DNA from: Oopsacas minuta
Lineage: Eukaryota; Animalia; Porifera
DNA length: 64,000 bases
NCBI GenBank assembly: GCA_024704765.1
Contig: JAKMXF010000144.1
Span: 732,184 to 796,183, forward strand
Reading direction: 5' to 3'
How positions within the stretch are numbered: the first letter of the stretch is position 1; every line of letters begins with the position of its first letter. The notes under the pieces were generated by a model that was given only the letters and a program-made list of their open reading frames with translations, made no database searches and had not been told where the DNA came from. Made by a program: the position numbers and the translations under genes. Of the stretch, positions 35,801 to 47,150 are shown piece after piece.

Positions 35801-36047
35801 GAGTGGCAAAGATCGCACAAGTATGTCATCTACCCTTGAGCAGTGCAGGATACTATCTCTTAGTCATAATCTGAGAGAGGACATATTTTACAAGACGCTC
35901 GATGCTATGCGGCTAACAGGTACACGTATACAAAATGCACAAAAGAACATAGGAGAACGCTGTTACGCGTTTAACAAGCTTCAGCGTATGCTGTTACCAG
36001 CTGATTACAGACCCCCAGATGGAAGTTACAAAAAGCTACAAACCTAA
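32886..36047 (+). CDS. INPP4: Inositol polyphosphate 4-phosphatase (INPP4), intronless
   Basis: CX5R motif CKSGKDRT, PTNLHVQ, GIKGLRHRKDICF, YAFNKLQ; C2 domain and PH-like N-terminus. Confidence 0.92.
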   Translation: MNMLSDYTMKNLTDKELSSYAHQLQKYDMDGYVGMIVTDGLLRKRRALLLYYMKMKGNILFYFKVSDRGEVLESQLEGCQILEGCVPRLDDGINEEYKFRITLIYPRIIEDKLIFTFYIRDRTEATAWEQAINKGRYEYMRKRFSELRNQLQEMTGNDPVEGTYFACKPVLDPGQLEVLRKPGTAPNGPDMPYLELSIACSSLVSISPDSVPSPMIKVSLFDESIGKWIKFCKTETVENCADPQFIHTIRLSEEQANTHSKVRFEVYDVRNKKEGIVSRIGHSDCRLSLLKKGDGLNTLEIKGADEEDNLKGFIYIQTYNSNGDSSRAQLVAKRLTQFMQSSDEHSRRSEEMLNFSKEIQDHSLVNNSITSSYRLPQNDSSEVLRVTEIMSESKQVWDITIGLMQVCMIEETDMLYELEELCGLNQRWQDRMQDLIEEKKSFINHYRSCIDHLSKHEAKQYSFKRSIDKKEVWLECMPTNLHVQTMKINSNALVGDVVKLASQYETITVGCPTAFNLKYKQGGLKKLLQSDSPLFLQTSQEKRVRELLEHFPLLLNNLKKNVYEVLKHGCRKQRTEMKIAMDDLGKWMGSEFYTILATPLIQESLMSLQQAKTAPLSPNKRIQSVVYNNNADEIQNDPLSFGFGDIDGECDTLNLLESDYSLPEMIQRADYHLYELNNKVTDFVNDDYRGRLQQEEWDILMNPSADSLLESARILVSQAKLALLFSIYREYFQLSESGYATGIKGLRHRKDICFIQAAATIAVSFTIHLKSNILDWSFMAQLHNIGFLIHWESLISTIGEENSMLEDIEVTKTEINQSLYFQIISQSDDLYDDKPIIKGKRSRVIIQVPVSQSLFELLPYPLQTGQLIRVNWILFNIGVNEQQSLADRIGDSSIQDRINTSSLNDLHKYFMKYSELFLFATEDLGKSVEDTKKMLDKLHELVFQRKQKHVEILQLSALLCRKMNASRITSCKSGKDRTSMSSTLEQCRILSLSHNLREDIFYKTLDAMRLTGTRIQNAQKNIGERCYAFNKLQRMLLPADYRPPDGSYKKLQT

Positions 36048-36530
36048 TATACCCGATTTTCTATATAAATATATTTGATTTAATATATCAGTGATGTGTG
36101 TGATAGTTTTTTAGTAGCCTTTTCAGCTTTGAAGAACTTTCGTTAGCGAGTTATTCGCTTCCCGATTAATATTTTGTTAATATTGTTTGTAATTAAATGT
36201 GAGTATTGCTTCTTCCATATTTTAGAGCTGTATCCATTCAGGGAATTAATAAGTAGCTTACATGGACAGTCAAACTGTTTAATGGGTTCGTTTGACTTTA
36301 TTATTATTATTATTTATTCGCTGAAATGAACTAGGAAATACTTCTGTATACAATATTTAGAGAGAATTCTATCTTGACAACTTAACCAAATTAGGTGATA
36401 GAAATACTATGTTAATTATGGGACTGGTACTTCGATGCTTGCTTGTTGCAAATTCTAAATATTGTAACAAATAATGTTACCACGATTCTTAATATGTTGT
36501 GACATACAAACGTATAGTGGAGTATACGTA

Positions 36531-36685
36531 CAGTGAACGCTCCCTCTACAACGGACAAACCTCCTTGGAATGGAATGAATTAGCAATCATATATGTAATA
36601 CTTTAGCAGTCTCCGAGAAGCGGACAACTCTCTAAAAAGGCAGAAGCGATGTCCCCAACGTGTCCGTTATTCGGAGACTATACTG
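36531..36685. mobile_element. pogo-like MITE
   Basis: TA|CAGTGAACGCTCC..ACAACGGACA versus TGTCCGTTATTCGGAGACTATACTG|TA: imperfect TIRs with TA flanks. Confidence 0.5.
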
Positions 36686-36801
36686 TATTTTAATTGCCAA
36701 TTTGATTAAATAACATAATTAATGTCGAATATTTAAAAATGAAAATATTATAATACGAGTATCACAGTTAACAGCTGATTTAATCAATTAACTCTTAGTC
36801 T

Positions 36802-38514
36802 ATGTATTCTATCCATAGTTTACATAATACAGTTAGACTTATCACTCGATTTACTCATCGATTTACTTCTATCAGATTTCAAAGCTCTGGGCCGAAACCT
36901 TTCTTCTATCAAGATGTACTTTCTCTTTCCACACCAGACACTACTCCGTATAGATTACTCACGCCAGATTTCGTGTCACAGGTGAGTGTGAATAACCGCG
37001 AGTTTTTGAATATTGACAGCTTAGCCCTCACCCTCCTAACCAAAGAAGCTATGACGGATATTGCTCACTTACTACGACCAGCGCATTTACAGCAACTAAG
37101 CAACATTCTAACAGATCCAGAAGCTACCAGTAATGATAAATTCGTAGCTCTAACTCTCTTAAGAAATGCTAATATAGCCTCAGCCATGGTACTACCAGGT
37201 TGTCAAGACACTGGTACGGCTATTGTAATAGGTAAGAAAGGTCACCAAGTGTTGACAGATGGTAGAGATGAAAAACATATAGCTATGGGTGTGTACAAAA
37301 CTTATACAGAAGGTAACCTCAGATACTCACAAGTATCTCCAACAGACATGTTCACGGAGGTAAACACCTGTACGAATCTCCCTGCACAGATAGAATTATA
37401 CGCTACTACAGGTAATGAGTACAGGTTCCTGTTCATTGCTAAAGGAGGAGGATCTGCAAATAAAACATTTCTCTATCAACAGACTAAAGCTATACTGAAT
37501 CGTAATAAATTACTAGCATTTATTGACAGTAACATCCGCACCCTTGGTACAGCAGCATGTCCTCCTTACCATCTAGCTATTGTTATAGGAGGACTTAGCT
37601 CTGAAATGACACTAAAAACTGTAAAGCTAGCTTCCACCAAATACCTTGATAATCTTCCTACCAGTGGGAATGAGCATGGACAAGCTTTTAGAGATTTGAA
37701 CCTGGAGCAGGAGGTATTACAGCTGACCAGAGAGACTGGTATCGGCGCTCAGTTCGGTGGTAAGTATTTCTGTCATGACGTCAGAGTTGTGAGGTTACCA
37801 AGACATGGTGCTTCTTGTCCGATTGGTATCGGCGTGTCATGTTCCGCAGACAGACAAGCACTTGGAAAGATTACCAAGGAGGGTGTGTTCTTAGAACAGC
37901 TAGAACGAGAGCCTTTCAAATACCTGCCAGAAGTTACACCTGATCAGCTGATAGAAGGAGAAGTTGTAAAGATAGATCTGAATCGTCCTATGAGAGATAT
38001 ATTGAGTACACTGTCAGGTTATCCTGTTAAAACCAGATTAAGTCTAACAGGTACACTGATAGTAGCTCGAGACATAGCTCATGCTAAACTGCAGGAGAGA
38101 ATATCTAATGGACAGGATCTACCGGAATATATTAAGAATCATCCAGTGTACTATGCCGGTCCAGCCAAGACCCCCGAGGGTATGGCATCCGGTTCATTTG
38201 GTCCCACAACAGCTGGAAGGATGGACTCGTATGTCGAAGAGTTCCAGGCACAAGGAGGAAGTATGATAATGCTCGCTAAAGGAAACAGAAGCAAACAGGT
38301 GACGCGTGCCTGTAAGAAGCATGGAGGATTCTATCTAGGGTCTATTGGAGGACCAGCTGCTATTCTAGCACGAGATAATATTAAGAAAATGGAATTATTG
38401 GAGTATCCTGAGTTAGGAATGGAAGCTGTGTGGAGGATTGAAGTAGCAGATTTCCCTGCATTCATTGTAGTAGATGACAAGGGAAATGATTTCTTTCAGG
38501 AATGGGCTGTTTAG
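36802..38514 (+). CDS. Class I (4Fe-4S) fumarate hydratase with putative mitochondrial presequence
   Basis: [50 protein letters not shown] and LAKGNRS are FumA/FumB-type motifs; Arg-rich, acid-free N-terminus. Confidence 0.93.
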   Translation: MYSIHSLHNTVRLITRFTHRFTSIRFQSSGPKPFFYQDVLSLSTPDTTPYRLLTPDFVSQVSVNNREFLNIDSLALTLLTKEAMTDIAHLLRPAHLQQLSNILTDPEATSNDKFVALTLLRNANIASAMVLPGCQDTGTAIVIGKKGHQVLTDGRDEKHIAMGVYKTYTEGNLRYSQVSPTDMFTEVNTCTNLPAQIELYATTGNEYRFLFIAKGGGSANKTFLYQQTKAILNRNKLLAFIDSNIRTLGTAACPPYHLAIVIGGLSSEMTLKTVKLASTKYLDNLPTSGNEHGQAFRDLNLEQEVLQLTRETGIGAQFGGKYFCHDVRVVRLPRHGASCPIGIGVSCSADRQALGKITKEGVFLEQLEREPFKYLPEVTPDQLIEGEVVKIDLNRPMRDILSTLSGYPVKTRLSLTGTLIVARDIAHAKLQERISNGQDLPEYIKNHPVYYAGPAKTPEGMASGSFGPTTAGRMDSYVEEFQAQGGSMIMLAKGNRSKQVTRACKKHGGFYLGSIGGPAAILARDNIKKMELLEYPELGMEAVWRIEVADFPAFIVVDDKGNDFFQEWAV

Positions 38515-40379
38515 AAATACTATCAATAATATGTTCTGTTTATTGTACTCTCTCACTTTATTCGAATATATAATACACCATAGTATACTAGCAATCTAGA
38601 GTATATGCATGCTCTGTTGCTAATGACTTGACCGAATCTTATAATATATACATATTTGGAATGTTATTTAAATCTATCAAATTAGCAAATCGTATTTTTG
38701 GAAGACTTTTCCTTACTAATACGCGAAATTTGCTATTATGCGAACTATTTACCATACAAAACTGCACTTTATATCCATGAGAAATTTTAGACGAATTACG
38801 AATAGTCGGTTTCCACTGTATAGTGCAGATTTAAAGTAGTATGAGTGATTTAAGGTCAATTAATAGGTGTGATTTTCTCATGATATCGTGCAAAGCATTA
38901 TTTGGCTTACTGCAATAGATCACTAACTATTATTGATTAGTTCATATTATATACAAAATGTGTTATATTCTTCATGTCTTTATCAATTAATACGTTTGAA
39001 ATTCCAGCACATACGTAAGGGCAATAGAATTATTGGAATATTCAAATATGAACTATGTCATTTATATCATGTTGCTTGTTGTGGGCGTATAGATTGTGAC
39101 ATAATTCTCGAATTAGTTATTACAAATTCCTGATACAGATAGTTCATGTTACAGTCTAGCAGATTGTGTCTAGATTCTTATAGGAAATTCCTAGTACTAC
39201 GTATATTCAACGGGGTAAAATCCTGCCAGTCCTACAAATTATACATCGTGATATTTTATAATTTATATCAACCAGCAATTTATTTCAAACAACTTAGCCA
39301 GGATATTAATAGCTATAGTAATAATAATATAGATGCTATAACACCTTACAGAACGCTTACTTCTTATCTTGACATGCCAGTGAATATATACGTAGGGGTG
39401 TTTTCATACAATAAATATAGTAATGAATAAAATTTAAGCTTACAACCTTCGCCTCCACGTTCCCACATCATCCATGTTTGTTTTCATCAATATGATAGTC
39501 CTAACTACGGTACACAGCGAATTTATGCGATATATTTAATCTTGCGAACGTGCTGTTTTCCGAAACCCGCACAATTTATTTAGGCATAACTTTCGATAAC
39601 GAAAATTTCTCAGTTGTTAGATCATGGTTGGTTGTGTCGCACAAATATATTTCCGTTTGATAAAATTGCAATTGTATCCAAATCATAATCAAATCGCACA
39701 AATAAAGCTGTATACGGTATTCCAAACATACTTACATACACGTATGTGTATAGTGATTAATTGCTCTTCCAATCACCTTTAGTTAAACTTGCATACATGA
39801 CGTATACGTATGTATTTAGAATCGTAACATAAACTGCCCAATCTCTAATGTCGATAGTCTAACTCTTCCATGTTATGAATGCTCAATCTGGGTAAGTATT
39901 ATTTGTTGGTTAATGTGTATATGCTACGACACGGGATGTGGCTGGGATAAGCTGTGTTTCTGTGTCTGAGTGTTTTAATTATTCTCTGTGTATCATACTT
40001 TTTCCATGATTTTCTGGTAAATTCTAGCCTAAATTTAGGTTAATTTCTATTTATATAAGAGGTTTTGCTTTCAATGTAACATGATTTATCAGTTTCAGAA
40101 CGGGGCAGCTTTATCATGCATTCCTGATTACACAATTGTAATTAGAGACAAACCAAATTAGGTATAATATATATACTTTCAATACTCCCACTACCTTTAT
40201 GAAATGAATGTTACACAATCATTAATACTACACTTTCAACATTTCCTAGGATTTAATTGCCTTCTGTCTGTGCTTGAGAAACAGCTTACTGGCATATGAT
40301 TTAATACAAATTCTTGCAAATACATCGGTATGATGAGAACACCTGCTAATATGAAGATATAGTGAGAGTTTAAATTATG

Positions 40380-40700
40380 CAGCTACCTTCGCTTGCTAGG
40401 TCGTTTCGTGACAGCTTAGCGCCTCCGGTTAGCTTAAGAATTAAACAGGTAAATTTTTGATGTTTTGGTCGCTTTGCGACCAAAACATGTGACACATTGA
40501 GGGATACCTGTGATCCAAATTTCAAACTTCTATCCTGTATATCAGCTGAGCAGTGGTTAATAATGTGTTTTCGAAATGCAAAAAGGTGACGATGAGGTCA
40601 TAATTTCGTCATAGGTGTGAATTTTCGTTCAAGACTCGAACATATCCGATTCAGGCCCAAATACCCCTGTATGCCAAAATCAACCCTAGTTGTCTTCCAG
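40380..40700 (-). mobile_element. Helitron-like element (same family as 31553)
   Basis: ccttcgcttgctaggtcg end motif and shared internal sequence with 31560-31740. Confidence 0.5.
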
Positions 40701-40853
40701 TTTCTTCAATCAATTCTGGACTGCTATTATGTATATGTATCTTTGATTGCAAGCCTGCCCTAATTCCAGTATTTGATAAGAATCACTTTATCAACTCAAA
40801 TTCATTCTCTATAATTACTGGCCAAAATAATTCTTCCTTCCGAAATAGCACAT

Positions 40854-41939
40854 ATGGCTACATTTACTCCAATTCTTGAAGGTGATATCACCAAAGCATC
40901 CATAAGACACAAAATATGGAAACATTTGGAAGACAGTAATATAGCATTACATCCTCGCCCTGTATTCAGTCATATACCTAACTACCGAGGTGCCACAGAG
41001 GCATGTGATAATATCACTAAGCTAGATGCATACAAATATGCCACATCAATTAAAGTTAATCCTGATAAATCTCAGGAAGAATTACGGTTCTTAGCGTTAA
41101 GAGACCGGAAGCAGTTATACGTACCTACTCCTAGACTAAAGAATGGGCTCCTTAATTACATTCAGCTACCAGAACCATCGACTAAAGCAATCCGTAGGTG
41201 TGCTAGTTATAACGGTATAAGCGAGTTTGGGAGAGAGATTGATCTTGATGACGAGATTCGAATAGATCTTGTAGTTACTGGGTGTGTTGCAGTGTCTCGT
41301 GAGGGATGGCGGATAGGAAAGGGAGAAGGTTATGCTGACTTAGAAGTAGCTATGATGTTGTTACTACGAATAATGACACCAGAAATACTTATAATAACTT
41401 CAGTACATGATTCCCAAGTAGTTGAAATACCTGAGTCCATAATGCAACCACATGACATACCAGTAGATATTATAGTAACCCCTACACAAGTTATAAATTG
41501 TCCAAGGAGACCTAGGCCACCTGGAATAATATGGAATCTGTTGACTACTGAAATGCTATCAGAAATTCCTATACTAAATGTCCTACGAGAGAGAGAGTAC
41601 TCCTCAGGTGCTGACGTCTCTCTCAAGAAGACACCAGAGGACAATGCACAATTAGACAGAGCATCTGGAAGCAAGAGTAAGAGAGGGGTTTCTTACCGAT
41701 GTCTATACACAGATAGATGTAGTGGTGGTGAAGAGAATAATAATTATCAGGGCGAAAAAAGTTTACCTAATGTTCCTTACACGAGCATCAGGCAAGCTTC
41801 CCCTGTCCCTAATCCAGATAGAGAGGATGAATTGTATGAGGCTAGTTCTCCTCCTGATGTAGATGTGAGTAAATACCAAGTTATAAATTTCACAGATTTC
41901 TACGCACAAAATCCTGATTGGACTTTGTATAAGCAATAG
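40854..41939 (+). CDS. MTHFSD: Methenyltetrahydrofolate synthase domain-containing protein
   Basis: HIPNYRGA, KVNPDKSQ, LYVPTPRL, RIGKGEGYADLE, HDIPVDIIVTP. Confidence 0.88.
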   Translation: MATFTPILEGDITKASIRHKIWKHLEDSNIALHPRPVFSHIPNYRGATEACDNITKLDAYKYATSIKVNPDKSQEELRFLALRDRKQLYVPTPRLKNGLLNYIQLPEPSTKAIRRCASYNGISEFGREIDLDDEIRIDLVVTGCVAVSREGWRIGKGEGYADLEVAMMLLLRIMTPEILIITSVHDSQVVEIPESIMQPHDIPVDIIVTPTQVINCPRRPRPPGIIWNLLTTEMLSEIPILNVLREREYSSGADVSLKKTPEDNAQLDRASGSKSKRGVSYRCLYTDRCSGGEENNNYQGEKSLPNVPYTSIRQASPVPNPDREDELYEASSPPDVDVSKYQVINFTDFYAQNPDWTLYKQ

Positions 41940-42223
41940 GTTTTGATCGATTTTATTTGTACAACAATACCACATATATTTTATACATCTACATATCCGT
42001 ATATGTTATAATCGATTAATTGAAAATACCGAATTTAGATGGTACTTTTATTGTGCAATTTGCATCGCACATAATTTACCTACGTAAGCTTGAAAATTAT
42101 CAATCCCCAATTTTCCCACGCCAAACATTTTCATTATTTCAAAACTTCCCTGACAGCCTAAAATAGCTAGATTTGTTCGCTAAGCTTATAATAGCTTGCA
42201 ATTATAGACTTTTCTAATTTTGT

Positions 42224-43138
42224 ATGAATCTAAGTGAATTTCTGCTTGGTGGTCTATCAGCAGTCTGTGCAGGTTTGTTCACCAATCCCCTTGAGGTTAT
42301 TAAAACCCGTCTCCAATTGCAAGGGGAGCTCCGAGCACACGGTACATACAAGCGACACTACCGGAATACACTACAAGCTTTCTACAAAGTAGCACGTACT
42401 GATGGAATATATTCCATTCAAAAAGGGCTGGGACCTGCCCTCATGTATCAGGCCGTCATGAATAGTGTGAGATTAGGTAGTTATCAGGTTCTATTGGATA
42501 CAGGGGCTGCACACGATGATAAAGGAAGAACACGTCTGCCAGTTACCATAGCATTCGGTGCTATTGCTGGATGTATGGGTTCATTCATGGGTAGCCCTTT
42601 CTACCAGGTTAAAATTCATTTACAAGCTCAGAGCGCGCCCTCTATTGCTGTAGGCTATCAACGTAGTCACACAAGTGCTACGAAAGCGCTATGGAGTATA
42701 TTTAAGCAGCATGGCATCTCCGGACTATGGAGAGGGGCGACTGGGGCAATGGTTAGAGTTACTCTTGGATCAGCTGCTCAGTTGAGCACATTCTCAAATG
42801 TACAGTCAGTACTGAGTGAATCTTTGAACAGGAAAATAACAGATATAAGCGTGTTAATTGCTTCCAGTTTTGTAAGCGGATTAGTTGTGTGTCTAGTGAT
42901 GACGCCATCAGATGTCATATGTACGCGACTATACAACCAGAAAGTGGATACTCAAGGGAAGGGTGTCACTTACAAAGGTATCCTGGATTGTGGGAGAAAG
43001 ATTCTCAAAAATGAAGGATTGAAAGCGTTCTACAAAGGTTTAGGTCCGCATTATATTCGTATTGGCCCTCACACTTTGCTGTGCTTGGTGTTTTGGGGCA
43101 AATTTAGGCATGTTTATCAAATTCTTAATGAGAAATAA
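42224..43138 (+). CDS. SLC25A35: Mitochondrial carrier, SLC25A34/35 (Oac1-like)
   Basis: Three Px[DE]xx[KR] repeats (PLEVIKTRLQLQGEL, PFYQVK, PSDVICTRLYNQ), QKGL.PAL.YQ..MNSVRLG, RIGPHT. Paralog 34 versus 35 cannot be resolved. Confidence 0.8.
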   Translation: MNLSEFLLGGLSAVCAGLFTNPLEVIKTRLQLQGELRAHGTYKRHYRNTLQAFYKVARTDGIYSIQKGLGPALMYQAVMNSVRLGSYQVLLDTGAAHDDKGRTRLPVTIAFGAIAGCMGSFMGSPFYQVKIHLQAQSAPSIAVGYQRSHTSATKALWSIFKQHGISGLWRGATGAMVRVTLGSAAQLSTFSNVQSVLSESLNRKITDISVLIASSFVSGLVVCLVMTPSDVICTRLYNQKVDTQGKGVTYKGILDCGRKILKNEGLKAFYKGLGPHYIRIGPHTLLCLVFWGKFRHVYQILNEK

Positions 43139-43300
43139 AGTACAATAGGTTTATAGTAATAATAATTGATGTGATGTATGCTTTGATTAAATGAATCTAG
43201 TTTTTGTTTCAATTCAATTCATTCAGTTTAAACTGCTTGATAATCTACTGCAGTGGATCTAATATGTAGTAGCGAATTTATCGCGGTAGAAAACGCACTA

Positions 43301-43370
43301 TACAGGTCACGAAACTTCTTGCCGGAATATCGTTAACCGAAATTCCAGCGAAGAAGTTCATTGACCTGTA
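43301..43370. repeat. 70-bp imperfect hairpin / micro-MITE
   Basis: tacaggtca.gaaacttctt.gccggaat ... attccagcgaagaagttcattgacctgta; TA at both ends. Confidence 0.6.
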
Positions 43371-43645
43371 GTCTGTTTCCTTATTAAGCAATCAATTAGG
43401 GCTGATTAGGTGTTTGAATAATGTTGGTTAGATGTTTATCCGCTTTCTTCCACAAAGTATTATTTGCATTTCTGTGTTCTTTGGGAAATTTTGGCAACTA
43501 AAATATCCTACTCGAATCTGTAGAATTTATTATCCAATTCTATGTATAGAAATAGTAAATAGTAAATAGTAAATATATCATTTAATCATTGGAAAATCGA
43601 GAAATACAAAATAAGTGATTTTGTTGATTCTATCAAAATGTTAAA

Positions 43646-44875
43646 TTATACAAACTTGCCCTTCTTACTAAAACTTGTATCTAGTCCATTACTCGTTCTG
43701 ACTCTACTCTTGCAGTTATTTCTCTTTACGTCTACCTTGATTTGCTGACCATCAAGCATTCCCATTGCCTGGGGACTAAGTTTGAGATCATCCAACACTT
43801 TCCACTCATTGACGTGGTTTCTGTACGAAAATTGTAATGGTGCTTTGTTCAGAAATTTTACATTTTGTTTAAGCTGTGTTTCTAAATTACTGAAATTCGC
43901 TAATCTACTCATTTGAACTACTTTATTTTGTTTGTCCTCTTTGTTATTAATCTGACAATTTAGTGCCAATAAATATACTTCTACTCGTAACCCCTTCCTA
44001 AAGCTACCATACTCCACCACCCATCTGCGTATCACAGAGCTTTTAGACCCAAATTTTTCGAGTAATAATCTCCATGCAGATTCTGGCACTAACTTATAGT
44101 CAACGTTTTGGACGAGATTTTTCTTAAGAATTCCGTTAGTGTTCAAGAGATCTAAATTATCAACTGGTCCTGGGGACTCACTTACTAATTTGTTGCTAGC
44201 GTATTGCCTCCAGGCTCTGAACCAAGAACAACTCACTAAACACCAAATGTCTCCTTTCCGTAACGTGCTATCCATTAGATCCATTATGACGTCATAATGC
44301 GATTTTTCCTGCACCATTTCCTGTTCCTGTGGAGTGGATTTGAGTTCATCAAACCAGCTATTTAGTTTTGGCTGTGTTGGCATTGGCGCAACATCTTCAC
44401 AGTTGCAGCTACAAAATTCATTTGACCTTTCCTCAACTTCCTGTTTGATAATTGGAGAAGGAAAGTTATATGGGAGCGGATAGTTTTCTTCCTGAGGAGT
44501 TTGAGGAGGCGTGTCCAGTTCTGCAAGTTGCTCCATGAGGATTTCTCCACATTGTTCGATTTCTTTCTCGACGGGACCTTTCTGGATCTGGAATTTTATT
44601 TCGAAAAATTGTGGTTTTTTATCGACGTACTTAATAGGGGTTTCCTCTGCTATGAATTGAAGGATACTAAGCTGAGTGGGAGGGGGAGTCTCGATGGAAT
44701 CAATCTCAGTAGAGTTTTCAAATTTTATTAGGTTCAATTCTTTCTCTTGATTTTGTAAATTTATGTACTCATCCAGTTTCGTTGTTAACGCATGTTGTCT
44801 TCTGTCGAGGAGACTATGGAATCGATTGAATTCTTCTTCGATAAGATTCTTGAATTCTTTCACAGTGCCTTTCAT
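43646..44875 (-). CDS. Coiled-coil + DUSP + UBL protein (USP4/11/15 N-terminal module, no catalytic domain)
   Basis: LRKGDIWCLVSCSWFRAW..PGPVDN..DYKLVP..AW..RWVVE.G..LRVEVY is the DUSP domain; the UBL follows (SRLANF..QAMGMLDGQQI); stop soon after. Confidence 0.82.
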   Translation of the reverse strand: MKGTVKEFKNLIEEEFNRFHSLLDRRQHALTTKLDEYINLQNQEKELNLIKFENSTEIDSIETPPPTQLSILQFIAEETPIKYVDKKPQFFEIKFQIQKGPVEKEIEQCGEILMEQLAELDTPPQTPQEENYPLPYNFPSPIIKQEVEERSNEFCSCNCEDVAPMPTQPKLNSWFDELKSTPQEQEMVQEKSHYDVIMDLMDSTLRKGDIWCLVSCSWFRAWRQYASNKLVSESPGPVDNLDLLNTNGILKKNLVQNVDYKLVPESAWRLLLEKFGSKSSVIRRWVVEYGSFRKGLRVEVYLLALNCQINNKEDKQNKVVQMSRLANFSNLETQLKQNVKFLNKAPLQFSYRNHVNEWKVLDDLKLSPQAMGMLDGQQIKVDVKRNNCKSRVRTSNGLDTSFSKKGKFV

Positions 44876-45461
44876 TGTAATTTAGATTTATTCTGTGGGA
44901 TTATTTGAAGTTCGTGTATTGCAATTGTAAGAATTGATCTGTATTTATACTCGAGATATACAATTATGTTATAGTAACTATCTATAGCTGCTACTGTATT
45001 TTCAATTTGGAGTTATAGATAAATCAATGGCTCTTTCTAGGCGTCACAATAGCATTATTAACATAGAAAACCTACAAATTGTGTGTGACATCTTACGTCA
45101 TGAAACATTACAATCTCAAATGTTATTGAGGTGACAAGTTGTCATAAATATATCGTTTTGATTGTTCCAGATTTTGTAAATTCTATCAGTATTGCGTCGT
45201 ATAGTTCTGACACCAATTACGTTAATACAGATTGTGTCCAAAAGATATATTTTATATATAAAATACGAAAATTAAACACAAATTTTGATCTTAATCTTGT
45301 CAATTTTGAAAAAATCTAAATCTCAAGTTTGGTAAGTTCTATTTCGCCTACTCCATGAAGTATATTGTTTAAAATATTTCATTTATTTTTAGGACACGAC
45401 CTTTGTTAAATGGTTGAGATTACGCTTGGAGATCATTATTACAGAGCTCTGTTTAATATGA

Positions 45462-45900
45462 AACGGGTACTTCGCCGCGGACATTTCCTCGAACGGATAT
45501 TTCGTTGAATGAACATTTCGTCGTGTGTCCAAATTAGCTGGAGATGTCGGGATTCTCGGCTACCCTACGGTTGGTTGATAGGGAATTTTAAAGCGATTCT
45601 CACTGTTGATATGGAATTTTTATTGAATTAGTGAATTACAATGCATTTATACGAAGCTATATGTATCTTGGTCAGTATTCCGTTAGTAAACCTGAATTAC
45701 AATTTAATTGAGATAGGTGGGAAGGATGCTATGTAATATTCCTCGCGGTAGAAAATTTCTACATAGTTTTTTTCCCCGGGAAAACTTCTTTAGGGGGACG
45801 TTTATTATACGAACCGGAAATGATATCTAAATCTGACGAAATACTGTTCTACGAAATGTCCGTTCGGCAAAAATGTACTTCAACGAAGTGTCTACCATTC
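45462..45900. mobile_element. MITE-like element with inverted CGAAATGTCC-type subterminal repeats
   Basis: ggacatttcctcgaacggatatttcg at the left versus cgaaatgtccgttcggc at the right. Confidence 0.4.
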
Positions 45901-46914
45901 ATTTGATATATTGTTATAATTTGTTGTACTGGTTTCTTGCAATATATTTTGTAAGAGAATGAGTTCAGCAATGAAGGCTTGATGGTTGAAACTTGAAATG
46001 CTAGTTTTATTTGATAATATCTTTTGTGGAGAAGACTTCAAGGTTTCTAGATGCCTCAGGATTAAAGAAATAGAAGATTGATAATAAATGAAAATTTCTG
46101 ATCTTTGATAAATTCAATATTTGTATTATTGTTTATTATATATATATGTATATATATTAAAATTGCTTTAATCATCAAACATTTATAATAAATATTCGGT
46201 TAAACTTGTGGGAAATAATCTATTTATAGTCTAAAGTTCTTCGTATATTATTTAATATTTGTTATATAATTAATTTTGAGTATAAAAGCTATTTTAATAC
46301 ATTAAATTTTCAATACTAAACCTCAGTGCACTTTCAATATTCATAGATTTAATAACTCAATTTATGATTCAATGAATATTTAATTATATCTTATAGGATT
46401 TGGTTAGGGCACGAGGTTAAGATATCCTGTTATTTAGTTATGAATAATTAATATATCTATCATGTTAGAATTTGTATCAATTGATATTACTTCATAGTTC
46501 ATTGTAATGTCCTTTACGAGAATGATACTTTCAACATGGCCAACCTGCAAGTTCCATTTATATACAACTTCCATGAAGATGGCAACAAATCACCTGTGAA
46601 TATAGGCAGACATATTGTAATGCAAGAATGTTTTCGCTCATTTACAATGGTAGAGATTCTTGGAAAAATGTGTTCATTGCGGAAGTTACACCGAATATGC
46701 AGTAACAATACAAGATGTATTATAAGATTTTTATAAGCTCGTTAATTCAATGAACTGGTAGGACATGTGTAAAGAGTATATACTATTTGAATTTAGCTCA
46801 ATTCTTGAATATTCTACATGTAATTCAGAATTGGTAGAATACGTATTGTCAATATAATACTATTAGTGTGATGTAAACAAGCAGCAAAGTTGCATCGCAT
46901 ATGATGGGCTTTAA

Positions 46915-47150
46915 TCTATATTATTAAATCACAATTGTTGTCTGTCTGTCTGTCTGTCTATTTGTTTGTCCGTTGTCAAGGAAAGGATTTATGGTATGCA
47001 ATTTTGAAATTGTCGCATAACTATGTATTTATCGTGTTTATCAAGGAAGTAAATAGAATTCAATGAAACTTCATTAAATATATCAAACATGCTGGATCCG
47101 ATTTTCACACTTTTGGATTAATCATATGTAAATGTATTGTTTTTTTATGA
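46915..47150 (+). mobile_element. Helitron-like element, 5' portion
   Basis: A|TCTATATTATTAAATC start, (GTCT)n tract; collinear with 62143-62360. Confidence 0.6.

Noticed and set aside
16409-43138. Cluster of mitochondrial genes (COX7A, CLPB, fumarase, SLC25)
   Set aside because: They are interspersed with unrelated genes, and the frequency is plausible by chance.
835-44731. Antisense ORFs overlapping real genes (for example 835-1059, 3713-4210, 14194-14646, 19560-20357, 41330-41674, 44501-44731)
   Set aside because: Shadow frames of the coding strands with no independent features.
557-45103. Shared 14-mer atagaaaacctaca plus CRE-like T(G/T)ACGTCA upstream of both UBC9 (557, 494) and the DUSP-UBL gene (45063, ~45096)
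   Set aside because: Several chance 14-mer matches are expected in 64 kb of AT-rich DNA; there is no further support.
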